Shown here piece after piece: positions 36,565 through 50,513 of a stretch of DNA of 64,000 nt. The DNA lies in the NCBI GenBank assembly GCA_965153355.1, contig OZ231126.1, positions 10,168,001-10,232,000 on the forward strand, read 5' to 3'. Each line of letters begins with the position of its first letter. Position 1 is the first letter of the stretch. This DNA comes from Flaccisagitta enflata (taxonomy: Eukaryota). A program made the translations under genes and the position numbers. The notes under the pieces are model-generated. The model ran no database searches and had not been told where the DNA came from. It saw only the letters and a program-made list of their open reading frames with translations.

Positions 36565-36641
<77 letters not shown>

Positions 36642-38245
36642 AAACAGACATAGACAAGAAGAAGTTGATTCTGATCTCATTTCAGCATTTCTTTTGGGAA
36701 AATACAATCTTGATTAACAAAATATGTATAACAGGTCGCCCAAGGGCAATATGTGGTCAGCGATACCCGTTGCCCTGCTTTGCCTGATTGTGAATTGATA
36801 GGGGAAGCAGGCGAAGTGCTCATAGGACGAGGTCCTGTAGAACACAGGGGGACTTTGTTCGTCCGCTTGTCCGTCCGTCACTTAGGGCTAGGCCTGAAAT
36901 TCTACCCTTCAGGCCTGAAATTCACCCTCAGGCCCAAAATCTGCCCTCTCAGGCTGGGAGGGGAAACATAAGGCCTGAGAGGGCCTGAGAGGGCCTGAGA
37001 GGGCGGATTTCAGACCTGAGAGGGCAAAATTCAGGCCTGAGAGGGCAGATTCAATGTCTGAGAGTGCAGATTTCAGGCCTGAGAGGGCAGATTCAAGGCC
37101 TGAAAAGGCATATTTCAGGTCTGAGAGGGTAAATTTCAGCCCTGAGAGAGCAGATTTCAGGCCTGAGAAAGCCTGGGGGGGACGCACGAATGAACGAACG
37201 AACGCACGAATAGACGAACGAAAGTCCCCCTGTGTTCTACAGGACATCGTCCCCTTCGGGGCCGCTGCCCAAAAAGCATTAAATATAAATGAAAAAGATG
37301 AAAAAAGTGACAACAGAATCATTAAAAGTATGGTAAATTGAAAAGAAAAATTAGTTCTACAGGACTTCGTCCCCTTCGGGGCCGCTGCCCAAAAAGGAAT
37401 AAAAAAAAAAATAAAAAGTCAAAAATGAAAAGTGAAATTAAATAAAGTGAAAAGTGTGAAGTGTAAAGTGTAGTAAGAAGTGAAAAGTCAAAAGTCAAAA
37501 GTGAAAAATGCAAAGTGAAAAGTGAAAAGTGAAAAATGAAAAGTGAATCATGAAATATAAAAACTGATGAAAATAACAAAAATGAATAAAGATAAGAAAA
37601 GAAAATAATCTTTTGATGCTAGAAAAAAAATTCTGGAGATTTTTACTTAATTTTAAAAATGATCACAGAAAATCCACTATGAATTCCCTAAATCTTACTA
37701 CTCCTTCAATGCCAAGTGAAAAACCTGAAAAACGCCAATGGGAAACTCATTTTAGCGCCAAATACGTTTTTGCGTCTCATCTGCCACTTCCGGTAGAGGT
37801 GGCGTATAAAATAGCGTATAGGTAAACTCTAGTGGATGATGGTCTGTTTTTGTCCAGAAAGCAATTTTAGGGCTTCTTGAGGTAATCTGGAGTAATGTGG
37901 TGTTAAAGATTTTCGAAGCAATGAGAAACTTCTCCATTTTTTTATGTTCAACTAACCATAACTTTTTAACGGCTTAACCAATGTTGTTGCGACAAAAAAA
38001 GAAAAGATGCGTCGTGAAAAATTCTACATTTTGGTCACCAATTTTTTGTTAATTCATCAAAAAACTAACAAGTTATGGCAGTTTGAATGAACAGATTGCA
38101 TGACAAGAAAATCCAATTATGAATCATTCAGAAGGAAGAATTTCATTCAAATTGAGATAACTTCTAAACCCATTGAGATAGCAAGATGCGGTTTGCGTAG
38201 ATGGCTTGCAAATTTAAAGGGCTTCACTTATCTCACAAATTTTTT

Positions 38246-39360
38246 TTAATATACCTTTAGTTTTTTTGGAGATATACAGTTCAATGTGATGAACGATTTT
38301 TTTTCCAAGATAGTATAAGGGGCTGATATGCAGGAAAGAATTTGGGCTGTTTTTGTTTTTACCGTCTGTTGATTGTTTTCTTTCTTGTAGCAGTCATTGT
38401 AAAGTCTCGTCTGATTCTTGGTCTCAGTCCTTTGTGAGACCATCCTTTCCCACTGTCGTATGTGGGTGCGTTGGATTTCTGCGTAATCATTTGGCAGGCC
38501 AGACTCATTTAACGCTTCTTTTATGCTTTTTCCCCATCCAATATCCATTTCTTGTAGTGTTTGTAATGTTAATCTTGTATAGTTATCAAGGTCCCTATTC
38601 AATATGCGATGTAGATAAAGAAATCGTTTTTTGTCTACTCGAATATTTGTGTACAAAAGGCCAAATGCAAAGACTATTGCTGGAGTGGGGGTGTGTGCTG
38701 GGAGGTCGAAGAGATATTCTAATGATTGAATTTCTATTTTCTCAAGTTTTGTTTTTTCTCCTTGGTTTAATGTCCACGATTCTGCATTCGTAAGTAGTAT
38801 GGATAAATTCTTTTTTTCATGCATTTCGATTAAAACTTGGGTCCCTATATTTCTCATGTCCTCACTTTCGGCTATACTAATTATGGTGACAGTTGTAATT
38901 AGTGAGTTATTCTGGCGTGCTTCGAGATTTTTGCTGTTTCTCCCATCACTAGTGATCACATCTCCTAAATACTTGTACGAAGAAGCTTCTTGGATTTTTA
39001 GATCGCCAAGATCCCATTTCTTTTGTTGGCTATTGTGTTTGCCAACGCGCATAACCTTACATTTGCTCTGTCCCCTTATGAGTCTGTGTTTGAGAACAAA
39101 TTCATTAGCATTTTTTCCTGGTTTTCTTCTCCATCGACACAACTGACCATGTCATCGACCCAAAGGAGGACTGCTATTATCAGCAGCTCATTTACTTTGA
39201 AGCCTTCTCCTGATTCTATTAGCTCTTCCGCCAATATGTCCATTAATTGGCGAACATCCTCCCGGTTAGTCTAGATCCCTGTTTTCCTCCGATTTCCATA
39301 AAGACCTCTCTGGATATTTTATATTTTGTTTTCATTTTTGCCCTTAAATTGGTATTGAGG
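38246..39360 (-). pseudogene. Decayed LINE reverse transcriptase fragment (copy 1)
   Basis: Frameshifted GGKQGSRL..IAVLLWVDD..KCKVM..YKYLGDVIT motifs. Confidence 0.85.
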
Positions 39361-40179
39361 TTAAAGTCTGGGGGTGTTTTTTTAGTAATTACATCAAAAG
39401 TCATAAAATATCATCTTATAAGGTTTCCTATAGTTAATATAGTATCTTAAATTGATAGTGCTCTAAGAACATTGAAGGCTTCATTTGGCCTCAAAAATAA
39501 GAACATGATGCCTTGAAAAAAATGATGTTCTTTTAAAAAACAAGGCCGGATACATGGCTACCCCAGTCGCGTGCGGATGGGCAGGGGCCATATTTGAGTT
39601 CACTTTATCATTTGGGCAGGAGCAGTGAGGCCAAAGAACGCAAAACCCAAAAAAAGTAAAGTGTGACAGACGGACCGACACAGCGGGGTGTAGAGTCGCG
39701 TAGCACGCGACTAAAAATGTATAGGATCTCACCATGGCCCAGGCCTGTAAATACTTAGTTTCTCCCCCGTGGGGGGAATCAAAGGGTTTAGAGTTGGGGG
39801 GGGGGGATTCAAAGGAGGAAAAAAGAAAAAAAAGAAAATTTGAGGAAAATACAATTTTTGACAATACCAAATCATAAATACTAATTAGTAAAACACAATT
39901 TAAGACTATCTAAACCTGCATTGTTTCTAGAACTGCATTGTTTTATTGCTTTATAAGGAAGAAAATCATAGATTATAAAATGCTACGCCTTGCGTCACGG
40001 GGAGGAAAATCAAAGGCGGGGTGGGGGGAGTCAAAAGCGACTCAATTATACACACCCATGCTGTGGCAAAAAACAGCCGAGAAACGCGGTTTTTGCACAG
40101 GCGTAACAGACGAGCGGACCGAAGGATCAACCAACGAACGGACAGACCCTCTTATAGAGATGCGTTACTGACGGGCAAA

Positions 40180-40325
40180 AAAACAAGGCCGGATACACGG
40201 CAATCCAGTCGCGGACGGTTTGGCAGGAGCGGTAATTCAAAGAACGATCGCAAGTTTAGAAATATTTGTGACGGACGGACCGACCGACACGGCAAGGTGT
40301 AGAGTCGCGTGTCCGCGACTAAAAA
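40180..40325 (-). mobile_element. HINE-like element (AGTCGCGG family); other copies ~28567-28628 (partial), 47673-47827, 58830-58994
   Basis: 5' hairpin agtcgcg-gaca-cgcgact, 3' subTIR ccgcgact, terminal gccgtgtatccggc cttgtt. Confidence 0.75.
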
Positions 40326-40340
40326 TTAAGAGCTTATTAT

Positions 40341-40543
<203 letters not shown>

Positions 40544-40674
40544 ATTGATTTTAATGCTCAAAAATGTGCAGTTCAACACATAAACATAATTCTTTTGGGC
40601 GTTACAAATAAAGAATACAATAAAAAATCATAGTAATAAATTTTCTAATCTACTTTCTAAAAATACCACGCAGT

Positions 40675-41170
40675 TATCATGGTCCCTATTCAATATGCGA
40701 TGTAGGTAAAGAAATCGTTTTTTGTCTACTTGAATATTTGTGTACAAAAGGCCAAATGCAAAGACTATTGCTGGAGTGGGGGTGTGTGCTGGAAGGTCGA
40801 AGAGATATTCTAATGATTGAATTTCTATTTTCTCAAGTTTTGTTTTTTCTCCTTGGTTTAATGTCCATGATTCCGCATTCGTAAGTAGTCTGGATAAATT
40901 CTTTTCTTCATGCATTTCGATTAAAACTCGGGTCCCTATATTTCTCATGACCTCACTTTCAGCTATACTAATTATGGTGACAGTTGTAATTAGTGAGTTA
41001 TTCTGGCGTGCTTCGAGATTTTTGCTGTTTCTCCCATCACTAGTGACCACATCTCCTAAATACTTGTACAAAGAAGCTTCTTGGATTTTTAGATCGCCAA
41101 GATCCCATTCCTTTTGTTCGCTATTGAGTTTGCCAACCTGCATAACCTTACATTTGCTCTGTCCCCTTAA
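40675..41170 (-). pseudogene. Decayed LINE RT fragment (copy 2, downstream half)
   Basis: Near-identical to 38580-39080; YKYLGDVVTSDG..LLTNAESW. Confidence 0.85.
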
Positions 41171-44100
41171 GAGTAATATCCTTCAGAAAATGCCTATTTT
41201 GAGCTAATCACAGGTTGGGGGGCATCTAGACCAATATGAGGGCGGGGAATCCGATAGTGAGGTCCAAAATGGTCTAGCTGTAATATTTCGGCCCCTACTC
41301 GGCCCTGAACGAGCATATTGCCCCTAAAATGGGCATTTTGGCAATTTTATTGCATTATAAGCCTATACTGGTTCAACATATATCTGTTAACTTATTCAAT
41401 CCAACTACTTTGATGGTCTGGAGTTCAATGGTGAAGTATAAAGGTCACTTGACTGATATCTTAGTCCCAAAATGGCCCTGAATGAGCATTTTGGCCAAAA
41501 AATAAGCGCTTTTGCTATTTTATTGCGTTTTAAGCTTATGTTGGCCCCATTAATGACTTTAAACTGATTCAATCCAATAACTGTGATGCTCTAGAGTTCA
41601 ATGGTGCACTTATTACGATCCCTTGACCAATATCTCAGTTTAGAAGTGGCCCTGAATGAGCATTTTAGCCCCCACGCAAGCATTTTTGCTTCAAAACTGG
41701 CATTTTGGCCGTTTTTCTTTGAGGTTTTTCAGCTGGAATAGATACAAAACCATAAAATTTTGGGAAATGCAATGCTCAATCCCAATTATGGCCACATTTT
41801 AGTTGCGGACTCGCTACTCTATAAAAGGCTTGGTCAATCTGTGGTTTGTCAGTCTTGTGAGACCATGAGCACAAGTTTTCAAGTGACGCGCGGTCACAAG
41901 ATTGTTGCTGACGGGTGGGTAGGGGCATCTACACCCCATACCCCTCTACAAACACACATTACAAAAAAAAAAAAACATGTAAAACGCTTGTTTTTCTACT
42001 TGTTGACTTTTGTGTTACAGATGGACCAACGGACTGACAGACTGACCAATGGACAGACCAACAGATGGACCAACAGAGGGATGGACAAAGCTTCTTATAG
42101 AGTTGTGTGTCTGCAACTAAAACGAGGCCAGAGACATGGCTACCCCAGTCGCGTGCGGGTGGGCAGGAGCTGTAATTGAGGTCACCAGATCATTTGGGCA
42201 GGAGCAGTGAGGCCAAAACCGCGAAAACCCCAAAAAAGTATTGTGATGGACCAATGGACCAATGGACACAAAGACGGATTGACAAAGCGAGGTGTAGAGT
42301 TGCGTAGCACACGACAAGATGTATGGGGGTTGTGGGGTGTGGATGTGTACCACCATGCCATGCGTTTGAAGGTCTTGGCTTGGTTTACTTTTATGCATGC
42401 AACTCTATAACCTGCTAGGTCTATCTTATGGATGGTCCGTCCTTGACACAATCCTTTTTTGGCGTTTACTAGTGGTTTTTACTACTGTTCCTGCTCCAAT
42501 AGATGATTTGCTTTTTTTAACTGCCCCTACCCACTAACAACCTTCTTAGTTGCGGACACGCAACTCTATAAGAGGCTTTGTCGGTCCGTTGGTCCGTCCG
42601 TCACGTTGAAAAGTGTGGAAAACGCGCATTTCAGCCCCTGCCCACCCGTCCGCAACTGGTGGCCGTGTATCCAGCCTTGTTTAACTACCCCTGCCCACTG
42701 GGGTGGTTGGTATCAACAAAGTTTGCCACATTGCCATTTTGGAAATGCCAGTCGGCCAAAGTGTGCTCAATATAAACATTATATAAACACATGTGAAAGG
42801 AAAAAGAGGTCACTCCATATCATTTACAGTCGTGCCACACCCCTTATTTACATTGTAATGAATAGGGAGAAGGAAGAGGAAGCTCCTACGCTTTACTATG
42901 GGAAAGGTAGGGTTGGCACGACTGTAAATGATAGTCTCATGAACTTTTCCTTCTAGTTATTTGGTTGATTTGTGATTGCGCATGGTCTAATGATATGTCC
43001 GATTGACATTTCCAAAGTAGGTTGATACCGGCCCCCCACTGCCCACCCACGACTTGGGTTGTGTATCCAGCCTTGTATCTTGACAAAGTACAACAAAATT
43101 GTGTTTTCATATGTAAACCCTTGAATTTTAGCCATCCACCTATGATTCGATTTTTGAGAACTTTTATTGGGTGAGAGAAATAGATTAAGAGTAATGATAA
43201 AATATTTTATGGTGCAGATTTTGGAAACCAGAAATGGCCAGAAATGACAGGAAAAGGCCACAAATGACCGAAAAAGCCCGGAAATAGCCAGAAGTTAACA
43301 AAATAATAGGCCAGAAATAGCTTGAAGTTAAAATAATAGTTTTGAATCACATTTGCAAATTTTTAGTTAAGAGAAACCATCATTTCTCAAAAAAGTTTTG
43401 ACTATCTTTAGAATTTTTATTGAGAATTTGGATTTTCAAAATTTTTTTTTTCTTTAGACAAAGTTCCTTGGTAATGAACCTTTCTACTTGTCAAGCATCA
43501 TCTATCCTAAAAGTGTCCTAAAATTGCGGCAAGTTAAACAAATGTTTTTGTGTTGGGGAACATCAGATACTAACGATGAAGGAGAGTAACACTAGAGGTA
43601 AATAAAATTTCAATCACTATGAAGAACACAGGGGACCTTCTTACGTCCATCTGTCAGTCACCCCAGCCCCTCTCAGGCCTTATATCTGCCCTCTCAGGCC
43701 TTGAATCTGAGAGGGCAGGGCTCAGGCCTGAGAGAGTCTGAGGGGACGAACAAACCGACGAACAAAAGTCTCCTGTGTTCCACAGGACTTTGTCCCCTTC
43801 AAGGCCATTGCCCAAAAAGAAAGTTGCTTATGTTTTAGATGATCAGCGACACGCAATGTTCCTTAATGTAAACGGAGACATGCTGGAGAGAGAGGTAGCA
43901 GCCCCATGGGGACAATGCTTATGCTGGTGTACAGGGAATCAAGGAGCATTTTATATTCCTAAGCTGATTTAGGCTTGGATTCGGGCATCAATAAAATTGA
44001 GCGCTGGAACTGGGGCCTTGGCTCTGAGATCTGGGCTTCAACACTGAGATTTGGGCCTCAAGAGCAGGATTTGAGCTCCAAGGCTGGTAACAGAGCTAAG

Positions 44101-45161
44101 AGCTGGTATTTGAACTTAAAGCTTCAAGGATTTGAGCCTCAAGCCTGAGATTTTAACCAAAAGCTTGGGATTTTGGGTCTTGATTCTGGAATTTAGATCT
44201 GAAAAACGGGGAAGCGACATAAAAAGAGGAGGAGAAAGAATTGTTCCCTACAAGAAAGCATAGGTCATCAGCTCCTTTAGGTCCGCTACCCAAAAAGTGT
44301 TTCATGCTTGATTAGAGCTCAGCATCTGAAATTATCTTCTGTTGCAATTGCAAACGTCACTTCTATTTCAAAATCTTTAAATAGCATACATACCTTTATT
44401 GAAAGAATGTTTTACCACTTTTGTTCACTAAAACAGTGAAAACCAAAGAAATATGCTGGTCCGGGGCCTAAATGCTCATTCAGGGCTGGTCTCACCCCAG
44501 AATACTGGCCGTAGACTTTTCAGGCCATTTCCATTGAATTCTGGAGCTTCACAATAATTGGTTTTCAGGCGGTTTTACCTTCTATCCGAAAAACCTCCGA
44601 GAAAAAAAGCCAAAAAATGTTAGTTTTGAAGCGAAAACACTTGTGCCGGGGCTAAAATGCTCATTCAGGGCCATTTCTTAACTGAGATATTGGTCAAGGG
44701 ATCATTATAAGTGCACCATTGAACTCTAAAGCATCATTGTTGTTGGATTGAATCATTTTATAGTCATTTATTGAGCCAACATAGGCTATAACCGCAATAA
44801 AATGACAAAAATGCTCATTTTTGGGTCAAAATGCTCATTCAGGGCCATTCTGAAACCAAGTTCCCATTCAAGTGACCTTTATAACTTCACCATTAAACTC
44901 CAGACCATCATAGTAGTCGGATTGAATGAGATAACAGATATTTTTTGAACCATTACAGGCTTAAAATGCAATAAAATAGCAAAAATGTCCATTTTAGGGC
45001 CAATATGCTCGTTCAGGGCCGAGTAGGGGCCCAAATATTCATCATAGACCATTTTTGACTTCACCATCGGATTCCCCACCCTCAAATTGCTCTGGAGCCT
45101 GCCCAACCGGAGAAAAACTATACGACTTCTCATTTTTCATCATTTCCGAAGTATGTTACCC
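41171..45161. mobile_element. Kolobok-like non-autonomous DNA transposon (~4.0 kb) inserted into the LINE fragment
   Basis: TTAA TSD (41167-41170 and 45162-45165). Purine termini GAGTAATATCCTTC and GAAGTATGTTACCC. ~500-bp imperfect subterminal inverted repeats. Copy 1 shows the empty site (ccccttatgagtctgtg). Confidence 0.8.
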
Positions 45162-45480
45162 TTAAGAGTCTGTGTTTGAGAATGAATTCATTAGCATTTT
45201 TTCCTGTTTTTTTTCTCCATCGACACAACTGACCACGTCATCGACCCAAAGGAGGACTGCGATTATCAGCAGCTCATTTACTTTGAAGCCTTCTCCTGAT
45301 TCTATTAGCTCCTCCGCCAATATGTCCATTAATTTGGCAAACATCCTCCCGGTCAGTCTAGATCCCTGTTTTCCTCCGATTTCCATTAAGACCTCTCTGG
45401 ATATTTTATATTTTGTTTTCATTTTTGCCCTTAAATTAGTATTGAGGTTGCTTAGAATCCTCCATGTTCTCAATTAGACT
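45162..45480 (-). pseudogene. Decayed LINE RT fragment (copy 2, upstream half)
   Basis: GGKQGSRLTGRMFAKLMD..AVLLWVDDVV. Confidence 0.85.
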
Positions 45481-46366
45481 ATATATATTTCTATTAGATA
45501 CTGTCAGAACAAATGCTAAACAATAATGTCTGGGGGTGTTTTTTTAGTAATTACATCAAAAGTCATAAAATATCATCTTATAAGGTTTCCTATAGTTAAT
45601 ATAGTATCTTAAATTGATAGTGCTCTAAGAACATTGAAGGCTTCATTTGGCCTCAAAAATAAGAACATGATGCCTTGAAAAAAATGATGTTCTTTTAAAA
45701 AACAAGGCCGGATACCGGCTACCCCAGTCGCGTGCGGGTGGGCAGGGGCCATATTTGAGGTCACTTTATCATTTGAACAGGAGCAGTGAGGCCAAAGAAC
45801 GCAAAACCCAAAAAAAGTAAAGTGTGACAGACGGACCGACAAAGCGGGGTGTAGAGTCGCGTAGCACGCGACTAAAAATGTATAGGATCTCACCATGGCC
45901 CAGGCCTGTAAATAATTTAGTTTCTCCCCCCTCCCCCAGTGGGGGGGGGGGAATCAAAGGGTTTAGAGTTGGGGGGGGATTCAAAGGAGGAAAAAAGAAA
46001 AAAAAAAGAAAATTTGAGGAAAATACAATTTTTGACAATACCAAATCATAAATACTAGTTAGTAAAACACAATTTAAGACTATCTAAACCTGCATTGTTT
46101 CTAGAACTGCATTGTTTTATTGCTTTATAAGGAAGAAAATCATAGATTATAAAATGCTACGCCTTGCGTCACGGGGAGGAAAATCAAAGGCGGGGTGGGG
46201 GGGAATCAAAAGCGACTCAATTATACACACCCATGCTGTGGCAAAAAACAACCGAGAAACGCGGTTTTTGCACAGGCGTAACAGACGAACGGACCGAAGG
46301 ATCAACCGACGAACGGACAGACCCTCTTATAGAGATGCGTTCCTGACGGGCAAAAAAAAAATTAAG

Positions 46367-46416
<50 letters not shown>

Positions 46417-46620
46417 TTCGGACTTAGAAATGGCATTACTGAGAAACATAGAATTGTAGGTCATAATGACACGCCGATGGGACTGCGGGTGACTCGATGC
46501 ATCGATGACGCGCACACGCGGATTTTGTATTTTCTTTCTTTCTTTCTTTCTTTCTTTCTTTGTCTCTTTGTTTCTTTCTTCCTTTCTTTGTCTCTTTCTT
46601 TGTCCCTCTCTTTATCTCAT

Positions 46621-46691
<71 letters not shown>

Positions 46692-47046
46692 CTCTTTCTT
46701 CCTTTCTTCCTTTTTTTTTTTCTTTTTTCTTTCTTTTTTTCTTTCTTTCTCTCTTTCTTTTTTTTTTCTCTCTTTTTCTCTTTTTTCTTTCTTTCTTTCT
46801 TTCTAACTTTTTTTTTTCTTTCTTTCTGTCAATCTTTCTTTTTTTTTTCTTTCTGTCAATCTTTCTTTCTTTCTATTCTCTGTATTTTAACTTATTTTTG
46901 CTTTTTTTTTGTTTTTCTTTCTTTCTATTGTCTCTCTTTCTTCCATCCTTCCTTTTCTTTTCTTTGATTCTTATGAAAACTCACTTGTTTTGATTCTAGC
47001 TCTTCGTTTCTCTCTCGCTCTCTCGCGATCTCTCATTCTCACTCTC

Positions 47047-47179
<133 letters not shown>

Positions 47180-47270
47180 CAATCCATGCGTATGTTGATA
47201 ATTGATACAGCTCAGGAAGTATACAGGAATTATCCTCGATCGATATGTCATGTCATAGTATGGGTTTACT

Positions 47271-47481
47271 TAACACCTGTTTAAAGATTATTGTCAAGGC
47301 GCAGCGAGCATATAATGCATAAAAAGATACTTGTTGTTGGCCCAGTTAGATGAAATTTTTACCAAAGTTAGCAAATACCTTTGCCCCATTACAGTGAAAA
47401 TTTCATCCCACTAGGCCAACTAGAAGTGTGCTTTTTATGCTTTTAATGCATACTTTGACAGTAATCTCTAAACAGGTGTTA
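47271..47481. mobile_element. Small foldback MITE
   Basis: taacacctgtttaaagattattgtcaa pairs with ttgacagtaatctctaaacaggtgtta, plus an inner inverted repeat. Confidence 0.6.
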
Positions 47482-48149
47482 TTGTCAAAGTAGGCTTTAG
47501 TAGCTATGTTTAAGTGTGCTTTCTGAAACCAGTATCTTGTCAGTTATTAGCTGATGGTAGGGAACTCCTCCAAACACAGTGATAATGAGGTTGTCATCCA
47601 TAAGCATCATAATTGACAGCATGGCTTCAAAATTGCATAGCAGCGCGTTCTGTTGTCAATCCGTTTATTTCTAAACAAGGCCGGATACATGGCAGGACAG
47701 TCGCGAACGGTGAGACAGGACTAGTAATACAAGAAATGCTCGCAATTCAAAGATGTTACGGATAGACGGACGGACCGACCTACTGACCGACACGGTAAGA
47801 TACATAGTCGCGTGTCCGCGACTAAAAAGAATCGAGAAAAAAAGTCATTTTCTGTTGCGATGAATTGTGGAAAGCCTCTGATAAGGAAGAACCTTCAAGC
47901 GTTTCCCAAGGGATGTTAGCACCTTCAGAGACTCATTGCAAAATCATTATCTACGTACTTTTACGCAGATGGATGTAAGGGAGCAAAATGCTTCCAGTCC
48001 GACAGCTAATCTAATTCCGCAGTAGCTACCTTTTCTTTTCCATTGCATTGATATGTTTTTCAAACCAGGAACTTAAATCTTTTTTTGTAATCAAAACTTC
48101 AATCAATAAAATAGAAATGGACAAACTCTCTTTTTTTTCTTCTTCATTC

Positions 48150-48625
48150 TTATGATCAAAAACAGGTGAGTCAGTTACAATTGAGTCAACAATTTCCAAC
48201 CCAATAGTTATGATCAAATATGGATAAGCCAGTTACAATTGAGTCATCAATTTCCAACCTAAGAAGTCTGATCAAAAACTGGTGTCAGTTACAATTGAGT
48301 CATCAAGTTCCAACCCAATAGTTATGATCAAAGACGGGTAAGTCAGTAACAAATGAGTCAACAATTTCCAACACAAAAAGTCTGATCAAAAACAGGTGTC
48401 AGTTACAATTGAGTCATCAATTTCCAACCCAATAGTTATGATCAAAGATGAATAAGTCAGTTACAATTGAGTCATCAAGTTCCAACCCAATAGTTATGAT
48501 CAAAGACAGGTCAGTCCGTTACAAATGAGTCATCAAGTTCCGACCCAATAGTTATGATCAAAGACGGGTAAGTCAGTAACAAATGAGTCAACAATTTCCA
48601 ACCCAAGTGGCTTGATCAAAGACAG
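48150..48625. repeat. ~56-58-bp tandem repeat (~8 copies) derived from the last codons and stop of the SPMAP1-like gene
   Basis: Unit tgatcaaa..agtcagttacaattgagtca.caatttccaacccaatagtta. The rightmost unit encodes SPVFDQATWVGNC*. Confidence 0.88.
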
Positions 48626-48700
48626 GCGAATCGGTGGCGACGCCAAACGGTGACGGTTTTTGTCGGAGCCAAGGCGTGTTCCGTCTAAACCCAAACGTTC
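48588..48700 (-). CDS. SPMAP1: C17orf98/SPMAP1-like (DUF4542) exon 4
   Basis: ttgtttttag|GA, then (G)TFGFRRNTPWLRQKPSPFGVATDSPVFDQATWVGNC*. Matches the recalled family motif G.NG.FGYRRNTP.LR...S.FG. Confidence 0.88.
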
Positions 48701-48724
48701 CTAAAAACAAGATAATTGCAATTT

Positions 48725-49117
48725 ATTAAGTTGCAGTGCACAGGAAAAGCAATTTTGGAAAATCATTTCGCGCGAAATTTTTAATCTCTCTCTGAATGTA
48801 AAATTTTGCATTTCTAAGAACACGGCCCCTTTCCTATATGTTTTTAGAACAGGGCCATGTTTTTAAAAATGCAAATTTATGCATTCAGAGACAGATTAAG
48901 AATTTCACGTAAGACAAGTCAAGGAATGGAGGCTTACTTTCGATTTTTTCTCTCAATTTTTCCAACTGATTTTGAACACATAAATGATTCTCAATGCAAA
49001 AAATAAATAAATTATACTAAAAATATGATTTCTTTTAAAAAAATTGTGAATTCTTCATTTTATTTTTCATCTAGAATATGATTTGACCGTGAAAATTGCC
49101 CCTTCCTGTGCACCTTG
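48725..49117. mobile_element. Degenerate MITE (gtgcacaggaa inverted termini); a similar element lies at ~58228-58832
   Basis: gtgcacaggaa..gcaatttt pairs with aaaattgc..ttcctgtgcac. Inner inverted repeat ~48775-48905. Confidence 0.55.
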
Positions 49118-49289
49118 AGTATGCAACTCTTTCACTTTCGGAATCAATGTCTACCGCTTGATTCGACAGTCTGTTTAACTGTTAATCTGTAAACAAGGCC
49201 AAGAGATGTTCTCTTGTAACATGGATTAACGTTTTTTTTCATTTTTATAAATGAACTTTTTGTCAATTCATTCACTTTTGAATAAGATC

Positions 49290-49950
49290 TTTCATTCATT
49301 CATTCATTCATTCATTCATTCATTCATTCATTCATTCATTCAATCTTTTCACCATTCCATCCGCAGAATGCTTTGGTTTTGAAGAGCCACTTGTCATGTC
49401 CACAGATGCTGTGCAATGGCTCATTCATTTATTCATAAATTGAATCATTCATCCATTAATTCATTCAATCAATTATTGATTCTTCTTACGATTCCATCCG
49501 CAGATTATTTTGGTTCTCATGAGCCACAAGTCATGACCACAGATGTCATGCTTTTACTCACTCAGTCTTTCTTTCATTCATTTATTCATTCATTCATTTA
49601 TTCCATTTTATCACCAATTCACCATTCAATCAGGAAATTGCTTTGCATTTAACAAACCGCGCGCCATTTCCATTGATGCTGCACATTCCTTATTCATTCA
49701 TTCATTCATTCATTCATTCATTCATTCATTCATTCATTCATTCATTCATTCATTCATTCATTCATTCGTTCCATTTTTTCACCATTCCATCCGCAGATAG
49801 GTTTGGTTTTCACGAGCCACGCTCCATGTCCTTTGATGCTGTACATTCCCTCATGATTTCATTTGATAAGTCTATCCATCTTTCCTTCATTCATTTATCT
49901 ATTCATTCATTCATTCATTCATTCATTCATTCATTCATTCCTTCTTTTTT
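49290..49950. repeat. Four decayed copies of the exon-3 3' end plus donor, separated by (TTCA)n
   Basis: caccattccatccgcaga..ttggttt..gagccac..catg..gatgctg at ~49350, 49490, 49620 and 49780, versus the true exon end at 49953-50011. Confidence 0.85.
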
Positions 49951-49955
49951 CTCAC

Positions 49956-50167
49956 CATTCCATCCGCAGATAGGTTTGGTTTTAACGAGCCACGCATCAT
50001 GCCCGGAGATGCTGTTTTCGAACGAGTATCCGGCTCCGTGTCTGTTTCGATTGGCCAAGTAATGCGATCCTAAACCTTCCTTTTGAAACTTGTCCATGCC
50101 AAGACCTTGCTCCACCATACCAACTCCGGCCTCCCACGAAGAACCGTTTGTATCTTGGTTGTAAAAC
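49956..50167 (-). CDS. SPMAP1: C17orf98/SPMAP1-like exon 3
   Basis: caag|G TTT...AAT G|gtgag. Encodes FYNQDTNG..DKFQKEGLGSHYLANRNRHGAGYS..SGHDAWLVKTKPICGWN. Phases fit both neighbours. Confidence 0.88.
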
Positions 50168-50265
50168 CTTGAATGGAATTTAATAGATTATGGATGGTGA
50201 TAACATTGGTTGTCAAGACTCAAGGCCAGGTGGTCAAAGACTCAAAGGTGGTCAAGAATGAAAAA

Positions 50266-50513
50266 AAAGGCCAAGTAGGCCGACGATGCGTCCTCTTTGA
50301 AAGAGTGTTTTTTATGAATGAATATTTTTTATGAATGATTTCTTTATGAATGAATGTTATTCATGATTCAATAAATTATTGAATGCATAAATCATTTAAT
50401 GTATGCTACATTTACTGGGTCGGTGCTACTCTTGTTTCTGATTATCATGAATGCGTTACCAACCAACCGACCAACGGACACAGCCTGTTAGAGATGCGAG
50501 GATGCATCTAAAA
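50266..50513 (-). mobile_element. HINE-like element (AGATGCG family)
   Basis: Inverted relative of 6019-6308. Confidence 0.72.

Noticed and set aside
41171-45161. piggyBac assignment based on the TTAA TSD
   Set aside because: The termini begin with purines (GAG/GGG) rather than CC, which fits Kolobok better.
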